In this document: in pieces, positions 16,861-37,067 of the stretch
Position numbering within the stretch: position 1 is the stretch's first letter
Layout of the letters: the number at the start of each line of letters is the position of its first letter
Assembly (NCBI RefSeq): GCF_009914755.1
Contig: NC_060931.1
Length of the DNA: 64,000 bases
Source: the human T2T-CHM13v2.0 reference genome, Homo sapiens
Strand: one strand, 5' to 3'
Notes under the pieces: generated by a model
Told to the model about the DNA's origin: nothing
What the model saw: the letters and a program-made list of their open reading frames with translations, nothing else
Databases searched by the model: none
Program-made: the position numbers and the translations under genes

Positions 16861-17919
16861 ATACATATACTACTAACTTGATTTCTTTTGTAGGTAATTC
16901 TTTTGTGTAAATAACACACTCTGAAATAACTGAATAAGTTTTCATATTCATTTTTAAGAAAAGGATAATAGGAAGAAAGAAGATAATCTGTGAGATAAGA
17001 GAACTCAGATTTAGTTCCTTTTGCTGTTGGCGTGCTTGCCAGTGTTGAAGCAGTTGCAGAATTTTTGTGGCTATTAATTTATCTGTAAGTTGGAGATACA
17101 GTATATGTAAATGTCCTTTGAAAAAGGGCTGTACAAAATGAATGTAATTCATATTATAAATGTTGATTTTGAATAATTGTGGAAAATGCTAAAAATTTGA
17201 CTCATTTTCTGTGAATATACTTTGAGTTATAAAGATTATGATTCTTAATCTTTTCATTTTGATAAGAGTAATGCTCAGTTGCTAGACAGGTAAAACCATT
17301 AAGTTATATAAATTATCAAAATAAAAGTGACTAAACAATTGAATAATTTTGGAATAAATTCATTATTAAGGATACAATGATTTGGAGGGTTGAATTATTT
17401 TCAGAGTACGTCATCTTATCTAGGACGGAACATAGGAAATTCTAATAAGTAATAGTTTTTTATAAGCAACTTATTTAATATATTGATACCTCTTATCCGT
17501 GGTCTTGCTGATTGAATAAAGTATTTTACTCTGTCAATTGACTTAAAAACTTCTTTTTACTAGTGAACTGCTCAAGCAGTTTATTTTTGTGTTTATTCAG
17601 CTAGCATTCAGTTGTTAACGGTTTTTTTGAATATCATTGCTTTTAAGACGTGGTGATTATTTTAAAAGTTTTCCACAAGCATTTTGAACTGTAAAATAGA
17701 ACTGATGACTTCTTCATAAGAACTTACATATTATGTAGTCACAAGTATGGCCTTAATATAAATGATACCTTTTTCAGCATGTATTGAAAAATAATTTTTA
17801 AAGCTGTATATAGTTACTGTGACAATCATTGCCCTTTAAGTAGTGGTTTTGACCCTTTCTGATTTACATTACGCAAGTCTTCTCATGTATTAAAGATGAT
17901 ATTTTAATATTGTTTAATT

Positions 17920-18213
<294 letters not shown>

Positions 18214-18950
18214 TAATTTTTTAATACAACTATTAAATGGTCTTAACCACTGTATGGCATTATTTCGGATTTAGTGATTTGTGTTACATTTGAGGATAGT
18301 ATCTATTAATGGCTAAATAACTGAAAATGATATTTTAGATAAAAATGATTCTGTTTTCTGACATATGGTTCAGGTTTTTTAGAAGATGTATTACTTTAGT
18401 TTATATTCTGTTTATTTAGCTTATATTTTACTGTTTTTAATCTTTTTCACTTTTATAATAACTTTATGTGTTTTATATAAAGATGCCTGATATTTTTCAA
18501 AAAAGATACTAATACTTACTCTTCCCCAAGCACAGAAAAAGTAGTACAATCAGCCCTCTAGCTAAATATTTGAAATGTAGGTCATTCTTAATACTATTGC
18601 TTTTGAGATACTTTTGTTCATTTTACCTCTATTGAATTTAGTGGAAATACCATTTCATATTTAGTTTGGCTATTCTCTTTAAAAACACCAATACACATAT
18701 CTTTACTATTCCCTTTGAATTTTATAATTAAGTTATTTATGTTATTGATGTGAAGATATCAAATTTTTAAGTAAGGTGACTCAGAGACATCTTTGAGCAT
18801 ATATAATTCAGAATATGGCAGAATATTTTAAACATTTCACGGGGTCACAAAACTCTTAGCGTTTAAAGGATTTTAGTATAGCTCTCTAACTGGTAAGTGC
18901 TAAGAATTTTAAATATGTTTCAGTTGCTTGAGATTAGGAAGTAGAGATAA

Positions 18951-19127
<177 letters not shown>

Positions 19128-19158
19128 TAGTATTTCCTGAATGTAATGACACTTTTAA

Positions 19159-19261
19159 AATTTATCCTAACCTTACCTCTTTCAGTAAGGTTAGGACAAA
19201 TTCTAGGGTAAGGTTAGAATAAATTCTAGGCAGGTTTTTGTAAGGTTAGGACAGATTCTAG
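19159..19261. repeat. 18-bp inverted repeat plus three direct copies of a 22-nt unit
   Basis: Arms 19159-19176 / 19185-19202 (17/18 paired); units at 19185, 19208 and 19240. Confidence 0.95.
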
Positions 19262-19526
19262 TTTGGTAGGCTGCATTCTACATTTTGGTGAACAAGTCTA
19301 AATTTACCCTATTTGTGTATTTTGCGTCTTTTATAAATATTTGTTATGCACTCAGTCAGCTTTAACCTTTCCAGAGTGAAGTCTAATTTTATGTAATACT
19401 CTCTATCTTGTTCATTTTAGTTATCTTTTGTTCTCTCTTCAGCTTGCTTGTTTTTAAGTTGTAGCAACCAGAGCTATAGGTTATAGCTTTGTACAATGGT
19501 AGGATAGTGTTTTCTGTTTCTAATAG

Positions 19527-19802
<276 letters not shown>

Positions 19803-20064
19803 TCTAATAGCTTTTTAATGATATCCAGCATATTGTTGCCCTTTGGAACCCAACAGTAATCCATGCTTCTCAGAAACTTAGTTTCTATGACCCGTTTCCT
19901 TATTTATTATGAATAACCTGAGGTGTCATATCTTTATGTATATTTTGGATTATTTTTCCTGATACTTTTATCCATCTAAATTCTTTTCTATTTCTTTTTA
20001 CAAATTACAGAAACTTTAGAATTGAAAGGTCATCCAGCCAATCTCCTAAATAAATACTCCTTAA

Positions 20065-20404
<340 letters not shown>

Positions 20405-21764
20405 TGATCATTCTTAGTGATGGAAACTCACTACTTTACAAAAAGAGCCAGTTTAATTGGTTTAATTGTTTCAAGTTTTTAAATCTGTTCTCTTATGTAT
20501 TGAACTTAGAATTAGATAACTTAGTTTTGACTTTGCCCTCTGGATCAATATTGAGTAAGTCTAAGTCTTTTAAAGGCTAGCAGTAAGTCATTTTTTTCCT
20601 CCAGAGTAAACATCTACATTTCTCTCAAATTTTTTTTCATATACCAGTTTCCAGGCCTCTTTGTATAATTTTTATGTACTATAGGTTATCAGTGTCCCTC
20701 ATATACTGTGGTGTCTGGACTGCATAGATATAGTTTATTAGCATGATTTTACTTATGATTGTATTACATTTTAGCAGCTTCTTTATAGTATGGATGTAGA
20801 GACCTACTCAGCTCCTTCTGCCTACCATACATGTATGCAAAAAAAATCAGTTTTCTCCAGCAACAACAAAAAATAAATGAAGCTAAGTCTAATATCTCTG
20901 GCTTACTATAACTACATGTCTATGTATAGCATATGAATAACAAAAAAGTGAACTTGTATTTTTATCTCAGAGTTGAATACAGTCTTAGAGTTATCAACGA
21001 GATTTAGGCTGAAAGGAAGTAACGCCAGATATTAATTTGAATCCGTAGGAAGAATTGAAGAGTGCTGGGAATAGTAAATATGTGGATAAATATGAAAGAG
21101 TTTTTAATACTGTTGTGTTGGATTTATAATTTAACTATAACTGGATTTCAGTAATATATGACATACACTCTTAAAAAGGAATGACTGATTCAGTGAGAAC
21201 ATTTGATTGTTTTCCACAGAAGGCAACCATTAAAGCTGGACAAAACTGTCAAAACAACTGTTTGAGTACTTTACCAAACAAACTGAGAAGCTTTATTCAT
21301 GAAAACTAATGAACATAGGGTAAGAATAGCACAAATTCGTGATCTGGTGCTACTCCTTTTCTCCTTTTCCTTGTCCCTAGCTCTGTCGCATAGCATTTCA
21401 GTCAGGATGAAAACCAGCAGCTTTGCTTCCACTTTTGCAGAGAAATCACTTGCTATGGAGAATTGTAGGTTAAAATAGTGATCTTTGTGGCAAGTAAACA
21501 GAGAGGGCCAACAGCTTTATTAGTCTAAGACTGTAGTCCAATTTGGGGCCAGCAGTAGGCTCATGAACTAGTTGAGTTTAATAGAAAGTTTTGAGAGGTA
21601 AGACAGTAGTGGGAGTTTGATAAATTCCCCACATATCCCAGGTTGAGTGGAGGCTGTGGACATGCACATCAGAGAACAGAGTGGGCTCAGGCCACCGATG
21701 TGTTCTTGGCCAGGAGAGCCTAGGAATAGGTGCAGATGAAATTCAAGTGGGCTACTGGAAATAA

Positions 21765-21867
21765 AACCAGGGAGGCAGAGCTTGCAGTGAGCCAAGATCG
21801 CGCCACTGCACTGCAGCCTGGGTGACAGAGCGAGACTCCATCCCAAAAAAAATAAAAAATAATAAAA
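21765..21867 (+). mobile_element. Alu 3' fragment
   Basis: ggaggcagagcttgcagtgagccaagatcgcg followed by A tail. Confidence 0.9.
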
Positions 21868-22874
21868 GAATTTTCACAAAGAGTTAGTCATTCTAAAAAA
21901 GAAGGAAACAAAATTCTAGAGTTAAAAAGGGCAATAACTAAATATAAAAATGTTAGATGGGTTTGACAACAGATTTGCGATGGCAGAAGAATCAATGAAT
22001 TAGAAGATAAGTCAATAGAATTTATATACTCTGAAGAACAGAGAGGAAAAAAAAATTAAAGTTGAAAAAGCCTCATAGGAGAAAAGAGACAGAGCAGAGA
22101 AAAAGAATCAAAGAAATACTAACAGAGAACTTTCCAGATTTGATGAAAAACAATCTACAGATTCATGAAGCTTAACTAACCACAACTAGGAAAACACAAA
22201 GAGAGCCATAAAAAGAAGAAAATGGGTCATCACATGTAGGGGACCACTAATAACTTTAACAGCTGACTTTAAAATCAGAAGCGATGGGGACCATAAGGCC
22301 TGATGCATTCAAAGTGCTGAAAGAAAAAAAACCAAAAAACTGTCAACCAGGTATTCTATATCCAGCAAAACTAGTCTTCCAAAGTGAAGGTGAAAAAATG
22401 GCATTCCCAGATAAAACTTGAGAGAATTTCTCCCTGTCAGACTGTCTTATAAGAAATATTAAAGCAAATCTTCAGGCTGAAAGGAAGTAACACTGTATAT
22501 TAGTTTGTATCCATAGGAAGAATTGAAGAATGCTGGGAATAGTAAATATGTGGTAAATATAAAGGAGTTTTCAACATTGTTTGGTTGGATTTATAGCAGG
22601 TACATGAAATATATATATGATAATAGCACAAAGGAGTTAGGAAAAGGACATAAATTATAGTTTCTATTTGACTGATATTAAGTATTATTGTGATATAGAT
22701 TGTGATAAATTAAGACACATTATAATCCCTAGAGCAGTTGCTAAGTTACTAAGAAGATAACTCCAAAAATGTAAAAGAAAAAAAACAAACACCAGAGGAA
22801 TTAAAATGGCATACTAAAAAATATCACAAAGCAGGAAAGGAAGAATAGGTAAACAAAAAAAGTTGTGACACAAA

Positions 22875-28225
<5,351 letters not shown>

Positions 28226-31200
28226 TTAAAAAAACAAACAGACTGAAAGCAAAAAGATGGGAAAAGATAAAACAGTAACAATAAGAGAGCTGGAATAGAT
28301 ATGTTAATATCAGGCAATGTAGACTTTAATACAATAAAGATAACTGAAGAGAAATAGGAAAGTTTCATAATAATAAAAAGGTTAGTGCAAAAGGAACTTA
28401 AAACAATCATAAGGATATATGCATCTAACATCTGCATTTCAAAAATACATTAAGCAAAAAATGTAAAATGAGAAATTATAATTATATGACAGTAATTAGA
28501 GATTTCAGCATCCCATTATTGAGAAACCAATTAGAGAATCAGCAAGGTGATAGAAGACTTTAACAATATTATCAATCAACTTGACCTAACTGACATGCAT
28601 AGATGGAAAACACCCAGTCACTGCAGAATAGCAGAAAGAAATCTTAGAAAATCCCAAATATTTGACAATTAAGGAACACTTTTCTAATAACCCAAGGATA
28701 TTTTTTAATATTTTCAATTGAGTGAAAATGAAAACTCAACTTAGAATTTATGTATGCAGCTAAAGCAGTGCTTCAAGGAAAATTTATACTTTTAAATCCA
28801 CATATCAGAAACAGAGAAAAACTTCTCATTAATTACATAAGTTTCCATCTTAAGAAACTGGAAAAAGAAAAGCAAATCAGAGCAAAAACAAGCAAAGGAA
28901 TGAGAAAATAAAGAATAAGCAAAACCAATGAAACAGAAAAGTACTAGAGAAAAATCAGTGTAACTAAAAGTTTGCAGAGATCACTAAAGTTGAAAAACAT
29001 TTAGCTACACTGACTAGAAAAAAAGCAGACCCAAATTACCAACTTCAGAAGTGAAAGAGGTGACATTACTACCAACTGTACAAACTTAAAAAATATTATG
29101 AAACAATATTATGAACAACTTTATGCCATCAACGTAGAAAACTGAGATGAAATGGACAAATTCCTAAAAGACACAAATTAGTAGAAAGGTATAAAGTGCC
29201 AAAGCTGACTTAGGAACAAATAGAAAATGTGAAGAAACTTATAAAAAGTAAAGAAGCTGAATAAATAATTTAAATTCTTCCCACAGAGACTATCCCGGGG
29301 TCACATTTGATGAATTCGATCAAATATTTAAGGAAAAAGTAATGTTAATTATTTACAAACTCTTCTTCTAAAAAATAGAAAAGGAGGGAACACTCTCCAA
29401 TTTATTTTTTCAGGTCATAAGTACTGTCCTTTCAAAGTCAGGCAAAGACATCTCAAGAAAATAAAACAAGATGAATATCCATCTTGAATATAAATATAAA
29501 ATTATTAATAAAATATGAGCAAACCAAATCCAGCAATAAATAAGAGGGATTATATACCCTGAGTAAGTGGGATTTGTCCAAGGAATGCAATGATGGTTTA
29601 ACATCAGAAAATTAGTTAATGGCATGAATTATATTAATAGAATAAAGGACATAAATTACATAATCACCTAAGTAGAGTCAGATGAAACATTTGACAATAT
29701 TCAACAGTCATTCATGATTAAAAAAAAAAATCAACAAACTGGGAACAGAAGAAAACTTTCTTCATCTGATAAACTGCATTTATGAAAAACCTACAGATTA
29801 CTCATATTAAATGATAAAACAGAATGCTTTTCTCCTAAGGAACAAGGCAAGGATGTCCACTGTCATCTTGTCACCACTTTTATTCATTACTGTACAGGAG
29901 ATTCTAGCCAGTGCAGTCAGGCAAGAAAACAAAAAGACATTCGGATTGTAAAGGAAGCAGTGCAACTTCCTTTATTCACCGAAGACATAATCCTATATGT
30001 AAAAACTCCTATGGAATGTACAAATATATTATTATAACTAATAAGTTTACCAAGGTTACATGATATGAGATCAACATACAGAGATCAATTATATTTCTGG
30101 GTAGTAGCTATGAATAATTAAAAAATAAGAAAACAATTTATTCACAGTTGCATCAAAAAAGATTAAAGTGTTTAGAAATAATTTAAGAGACCACTCCAGA
30201 ATTTATACACTGAAAATATTACTGGATGAAATTTATAAGGATTTAAATAATGGAAATTAAATAAATGGAAAGACTTAACTTGTTCATGGATTGGAAGAAT
30301 CAATAGTAAGATGGTAATTCTCAAATTGATATATAGATTCAATGCAATTTCTATGAAAATACCAGGGCTTTTGTTTTTTGGTTTGTTTTTTACTAGGAAT
30401 TGACAAGCTAATCCTAAAGTGTGTATGGAAATACAAAGGATCTAGAAAAGTCCGAATAATCTTGAAAACGAAAAATTTGGTAGAATTATATTACACTATT
30501 TCAATGTTTCCTGTGAACCTACATTAATATAGTTAGTATAGTATTGGCACACATAAAGATTTATAGGTAAATGGAACAAAATTTGTGAATCTAGAAATAA
30601 ACCCTTATATTTGTGGTCAGTTTATTTTAGCCAAAGAAGCCAACACAATTTAATTGAAAAAGACAGTCTTTTCAACAATTGGTGCTATAATAATTGAATA
30701 TTTGTATGTACAAAATACCCTTAAGTCCTAGCTCTCACCATAGAGAAAAATCAGCTTTCAGTGAATCATAATCCTAAATGTAACCTCTAAAATTCTAAAA
30801 CTTCTAGAATATATTAATTAGACATTCTTAGATACAATCTCAAGAGTAAAAGCCCTAAAAGAAAAAAAGATAATTGGATCTTCAATAAAATTAACACTTA
30901 TACTTCAAAATACACCACTAAGAGAATAAAAAGACAAGCCACAGACTTGAAGAAATATTAGCAAATCATGTATTTGATAAAGGGCTTCTATGTAGAATAT
31001 ATAAAGAATTCTTACAAATCAATAAGAAGATAAATAATCTACTTTAAAAATTGGTAAGACACTTGAAGTATTTCATCAGAGAAGAGGATGGCTGACAAGA
31101 GACATCAGACACCACTTCTCAGAAAGAAGAACCATAGTTACAGGTGAATAATCATAACTTGAATAGAATATCAAGGGGAGAGTGCTGGAGTCCAGTGGAG

Positions 31201-34200
31201 AACTCACAGGAAGAAGCTAGGACACAGAAAAAGAAGGAAAAAGAGGCTGGCAGAGATTAGCTAGGAAGCCCAAGGGACTTGCTATTTTGTTGAAAGGATA
31301 GGTGGAAGTGTTTTGGGCTCCCCTTCCCCTCGCAGCAAACTGCTGGTATTCAAGAGTTCCTCTGCCCTTATGAACCCAAACACTGGTGTGGGTGGTGATT
31401 TGGGGACTTACTGAGGGCATTACACCAGACTACCAGCTCATGCTGGGTTGCTTACCCTCCCTGTGGACCCGAGCTGTGATGGCAGGCCCAATATATTTGG
31501 GACATGCCTGTTGAAGGACTGAGTCCTGCCCAAGGAACCTCAGGTCCTGCCCTTGTGTCTCGACATCACTGGATCCCATACAGACATTCCCTGGCACTCA
31601 CTCAGATTGTAGCAGCCACATAGTGCTGGCTGGACCCAGGGGAGCTGCAGGATTCTCAGTGGTCTCTCCCTCAGGGAGTGCTGCTCCTAAGGGAAGGGAA
31701 AGTGCAGTGCACAAAAGTGTGTGCTGTCCTTTGCCCGAGAACTCCCCACTTGGCTGAGAGTGACTGCTACTTCCAGTGCAGATGTGGGCACTGTGCTTGG
31801 CTCTTCAAGGGAGGAACAGGGTTCCATCCCAGCAGCCAGGTGGCCTCAGTGCTTAAGCACAGATGTGGAGAAGGGATATCTCTCCTCTGCAGCTTGTCCA
31901 CTGCTGCGAACACAGCCATGGCTGCTCCTATGGGAGGTTGGTACAGGCGTATCACAAGACAGCCATTCTAGGGCAATTAGGTATGGCTGTGTCCGCACTG
32001 ATAATCTAAAAAATAAGAATTTATTCAAGCTGGGCCCAGGCTTGTGTGAAAGGTGGGGCACCTCCCCCTTATATGTGGAGTTGTTATGTTCCTGCAACAG
32101 AAATCAGGAGAACCACAAAGATGTATGTTTTAGGCTGAAGACAGGTTCTACACCAAAGATAGTTTGGCAGTAAGCTGTGAGATGGGCAGATTTCACAGCT
32201 CTTGGCTACACTGCAGTGTGGATATAGACAGTGTTGTCTGTCCCGTCAGAGTGTCCCAAGTGCCTAACAGGGGTGTGACAGGGAAGCAAATCATGTTCCT
32301 GCCTGCCTAGGTATGGAGCTGAGGCAGTTCCCTCCCCCACATAGAGAGCTTGTCACATTCTACCAGGAGCTCCTCTCACCACCCGCTTCAGGGCTAGTGA
32401 TTGTGTCCACCATTGGAGTATTGAAGAGCAGGCTTGGTGGTTTAGCTCTACCCAGCTTTGTCCCCATCAGGGGCTGAGCAGAGATCTCAGGCTACTGTGC
32501 ATTACACAGTCTGGCCAATTTGAAGCAACAGAGAGATCCTTCCAGTAAACAAAGATCAAGCATATACCCATCTGCTTCTGCTGTAGCTGGCCTTTACACA
32601 TAAGCACCACCTATTGGTCTGTAGGTTAAATTGCACAACCCAATACAAAATCTGCTAACACAAGTGCACAGTTCTGGGGAATGAGATAAACTTCCTGAGA
32701 CCTCCACCATCCTGGCCCAAGAGGCAGTGAGTTTGTTCACATGCCCAGTACATCACTTCTACAACTAGTATTTGAGAAGCCATCACACAAAGCATGTCTG
32801 AAACCAAGTAACTCATAGAAACTTTGCTTTCAGTGGAAAGCACCCAGAATAAAAGCCAAAAGGCCATACACAACATATATTATAGTCTCATCCTTAAGAT
32901 GGAAAAAAAATCATGTCCAAACAAAAGTAAATTCAAAAATAAGAAGAGAGAGTTTATCCAGATGAGAAGGAACTAGAGAGACAATTCTGGAAGTATGAAA
33001 AAACAGAGTATTACAACACCTCCAAAGGATCATACTAACTCTCCAGCAATAGATCCTAATGAAAATGAAATCTTTTAAATACCAGATAAAGAATTCAGAA
33101 TATTGATACTAAAGTTCAATGATACCCAAGAGAAAGTTCAAAAACAATACAAAGAAATCAGAAAAACAATTTAAGATATAAATGAACAGTTTATTAGGAG
33201 ATACTTTTTTAAATCCACCAGAACTTTTAGAAATGAAAAATTCATTGAATGAATTACAAAATAGAGTTGAAAGTTTTAACAAGTAGACTAAACCAATGAG
33301 AAGAAAGAATGTCAGAGCATGAAGACAGGTCCTGCAAGTTAATCCAGCTAGAAAAAGAAAACAGAATTTTGAAAAATAAAGCCTTTGAGAAGTATGAGAT
33401 TATGTAAAACCTCCAAACCTTGTCATAGGGAGAAGGTTTCTTCCTGAGGGAGAAGAAAAAGAAAAAAGTTTGGAAAACCTATGTGAGGAGATAATTGAGG
33501 AATAATTCTCTCATCTTACTAGAGATTTAGATGTTGAAATAGAAGAGGCTCAAGGAAATCCAAAAGATATATTGCAAGATGACTTGACCAAAATAGTCTT
33601 CAGACAAAGTCAGTGTGAAGGAAAGGAATCCTAAAATCAGCAAGAGAAAAGCATCTAATCTCCTGTAAAGGAAACCCCAACAGACTTACAGCAGAATGCT
33701 CAGCAGAAACTCTATAAGCCAGAAGAGGTTGGGTGCCTAATTTCAGACTTCTTAAAAGAAAAAGAAAACTGTCAGCCACGAATTTTGTATGCTGGTAAAC
33801 TCAGCTCGGTAAGTGAAGGGGAAATAGTATTTCCCAGACACGTGAATGCCAAAGGAATTCATCACCACTAGACTGGTCCTACAAGAAATGCTCAAGGGAT
33901 TTCTAAACATGGAAATGAAAGGTTGACACTCACCATCATAAAAACACATGAAAGGATAAAACTCACAGATCTTATAAAACAGTTCCACAACTGAGACTAC
34001 AAAGCAACTAGGTAAGTTAACATTATGATAGGAACAAAACCTCACATACCAATATTAATTCTGAACATAAATGGGTTAAATGCTCCACTTAAAAGATACA
34101 GCTTGGCAGAATTGATTAAAAAGCAGGATCTAATCATATCTTGCTTACAAGAAATCCACCTAACTGCTAAAGACACGTAAAGACTCAAGGTAAAGGGGTG

Positions 34201-35818
34201 GAAAAAGACATTCCTTGCAAATGGAAAGAAAACGTGAGCAGGAGTAGTCATACTTACATCAGATAAAACAGATTTTAAATCAACAGGGAAAAAAAGATAA
34301 GGTCATTATATAATGATAAAGGGATCAATTCAACAAGAAGATATAGCAATTCTAAATATATATGCACCCAATACTAGGCCACCCAGATTCATAAAGCAGA
34401 TACTGCTATACTTAAGAAAACAGATAGTAATACAATAATAGTGGATAGGGGACTTCAGCCCCCCACTGACAGCACTAAATGGGTCATCAAGACAGAAAGT
34501 CAGCAAAGAAACACTGGACTTAAATTGGACTCTAGATCAAATGGACCTGGTAGAAATTTACAGAATATTCACAGCAGCCATAGAATATACATTCTTCTCA
34601 TTAGTGCATGGAACAGAACACCAATGAAGTCACTGATGACAAAAGCAAATGGACAAACATTCTAAGCTCTTGGATTGTAAGAGCTTAAATTAATATGGTT
34701 AAAATTGCCACCTACATATTCAGTATAATTCCTATCAAAATACCAAGGTCATTTTTCATGGAATTAGAAAAAATAATCTGAAAATTCATATTGAAAAAAG
34801 CCCAAATGGTGAAAGCAGTCTTAAGCAAAAAAAGAAGAAAAGTTTATTGCATCACATTACCTGCCTTCAAATTATACTACAAGGCTATTGTACCCAAAAC
34901 AGAATGCTACTGGTAGGATAGCAAAAACATAAATCAGTGGAACAAAATAGAGAACCCAGAAATAAAGTCAACTGATTTTTGACAAAGTTGACAAAACATA
35001 TGCTGGGGAAAGTACACTCTTTTGAATAAATGGTCCTGGGAAAATTGTGTAGCCATATGTAGAAGAATGAAACTGAACCTATATCTCTTATCATATACAA
35101 AAATTAACTCAAGATGGATTAGAGACTTAAATGTAAGACCTGAACCTATAAACATTTTGGAGGAAACCTAGGACAAACCTAGAAAACCTAGGACAAACTT
35201 GAACATTGGCCTAAGCAAAAAATTTATGAGTAAGATCTCAAAAGCAAATGCAACAAAAATAGGCACATGGGAGTTAATTAAACTAAAAAGCCTCTATGTA
35301 GCAAAATAAATAACAGAGAAAATAGACTACCTACAGAATGCAAGAAAATATTTGCAAACTATATATCTGACAAAGGACTAATGCACAGAATCTACAAGGA
35401 AGTCAAACAATGCAACAAGAAAAAAAATACGTAACCCTGTTAAAAAGTGGATAAAGGACATGAACAAACATTTTTCAAAAGAAAACATGCATATAGCCAA
35501 CAAGGAGATGAAAAATGCTCAGTATCACTAATTATCAGAGAAATGCAAAATAAAATCAAAATGAGATAGCACCTTATACCAGTCAGAATGACTATTAAAA
35601 AGTCAAAAAAAAATAGTTGTTGGTGAGGAAAAGGGAATGCTTATACACCATTAGTGAGAATGTAAATTACTACAACCTCTATGCAAAAATATGGAGATTT
35701 CTCACAGAACTAAAAATAGAACTGCCATTTAATCCAGTAGTCCTACTACTGGGTATCTACCCAAAAGAAAGGAAATTATATCGGAGACACCTCCACTCAC
35801 ATGTTTATTACAACACTA

Positions 35819-35874
35819 TTCACGGTAGCAAAGATAAGGAATTAAGTTCACGGTAGCAAAGATAAGGAATTAAG
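35819..35874. repeat. Perfect 28-nt tandem duplication
   Basis: ttcacggtagcaaagataaggaattaag x2. Confidence 0.95.
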
Positions 35875-36173
35875 TGTCAATGGCTGATCAGATAAAGAAA
35901 ATGTGTGTCTGTGTGTGTGTATATATATGTATATACACACACCACGGAATACTATTAATTCATAAAGAAGAATGAAATCATGTCTTTTGTAGCAACATGG
36001 ATAGAACTGGAGGGCATTATCTTAAATGAAATAACTCAGAAGCAGTCAAATATTACATATTCTTACTCATAAGTGGGAGCTTAAAAATATGTATACATGG
36101 ACATAGAGAGTAGAATAATAGACATTGGAGACTTGGAAGGGTTGGAGTGGGGTGAGGGATGAAAAATTACCTA

Positions 36174-36576
<403 letters not shown>

Positions 36577-36710
36577 CTAAATCTATATAAAAATAAATAA
36601 TAAAAAAGTATTTCATCAAAGAGAATGTATGAATGGCAGATGACCACATGAAAAGGTGTTCAACATCATTCATTAGTCATTAGGGAAATGAAAATTAAAA
36701 CCACAATGAG

Positions 36711-37003
36711 GGAGGTGTGATGGCCCACAACTATAATCCCAGCACTTAGGGAGGCTGAGATGGAAGGATCTTTTGAGCTCATGAGTTCAAGACCAGCCTG
36801 AGCAACATAGTAAGAGTTCATCTCTACAAAAAATACAGAAGTTAGCTGGGCATGGTGGTGTGTGCCTGTGGTCCGAGTTACTCAGGATGTTGAGACAGGT
36901 GGATTGCTTAAGTCCAGGAGTTTGAGACTGCAGTGGACTATCTATGATCATGCCACTGCACTCCAGCCTGGGTGGCAGAGCAAGACCCTGACTCAAAAAA
37001 AAA
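36711..37003 (+). mobile_element. AluJ-like
   Basis: Diverged body; TSD-like aaaaccacaatgag / aaaaccatagtgag. Confidence 0.9.
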
Positions 37004-37028
37004 CTTAAAAACCATAGTGAGATATAAT

Positions 37029-37030
<2 letters not shown>

Positions 37031-37066
<36 letters not shown>
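37031..37066. repeat. (AC)18 microsatellite
   Basis: Directly visible. Confidence 0.98.

Positions 37067-37067
<1 letters not shown>

Noticed and set aside
19185-19261. Three ~22-nt direct repeats, superficially CRISPR-like
   Set aside because: Spacers are only 1 and 10 nt, context is a eukaryotic intron, and there are no cas genes.
31678-32173. 150-aa and overlapping ORFs in a GC-richer segment
   Set aside because: Within the L1PB 5' UTR; non-ATG starts and no recognisable homology.
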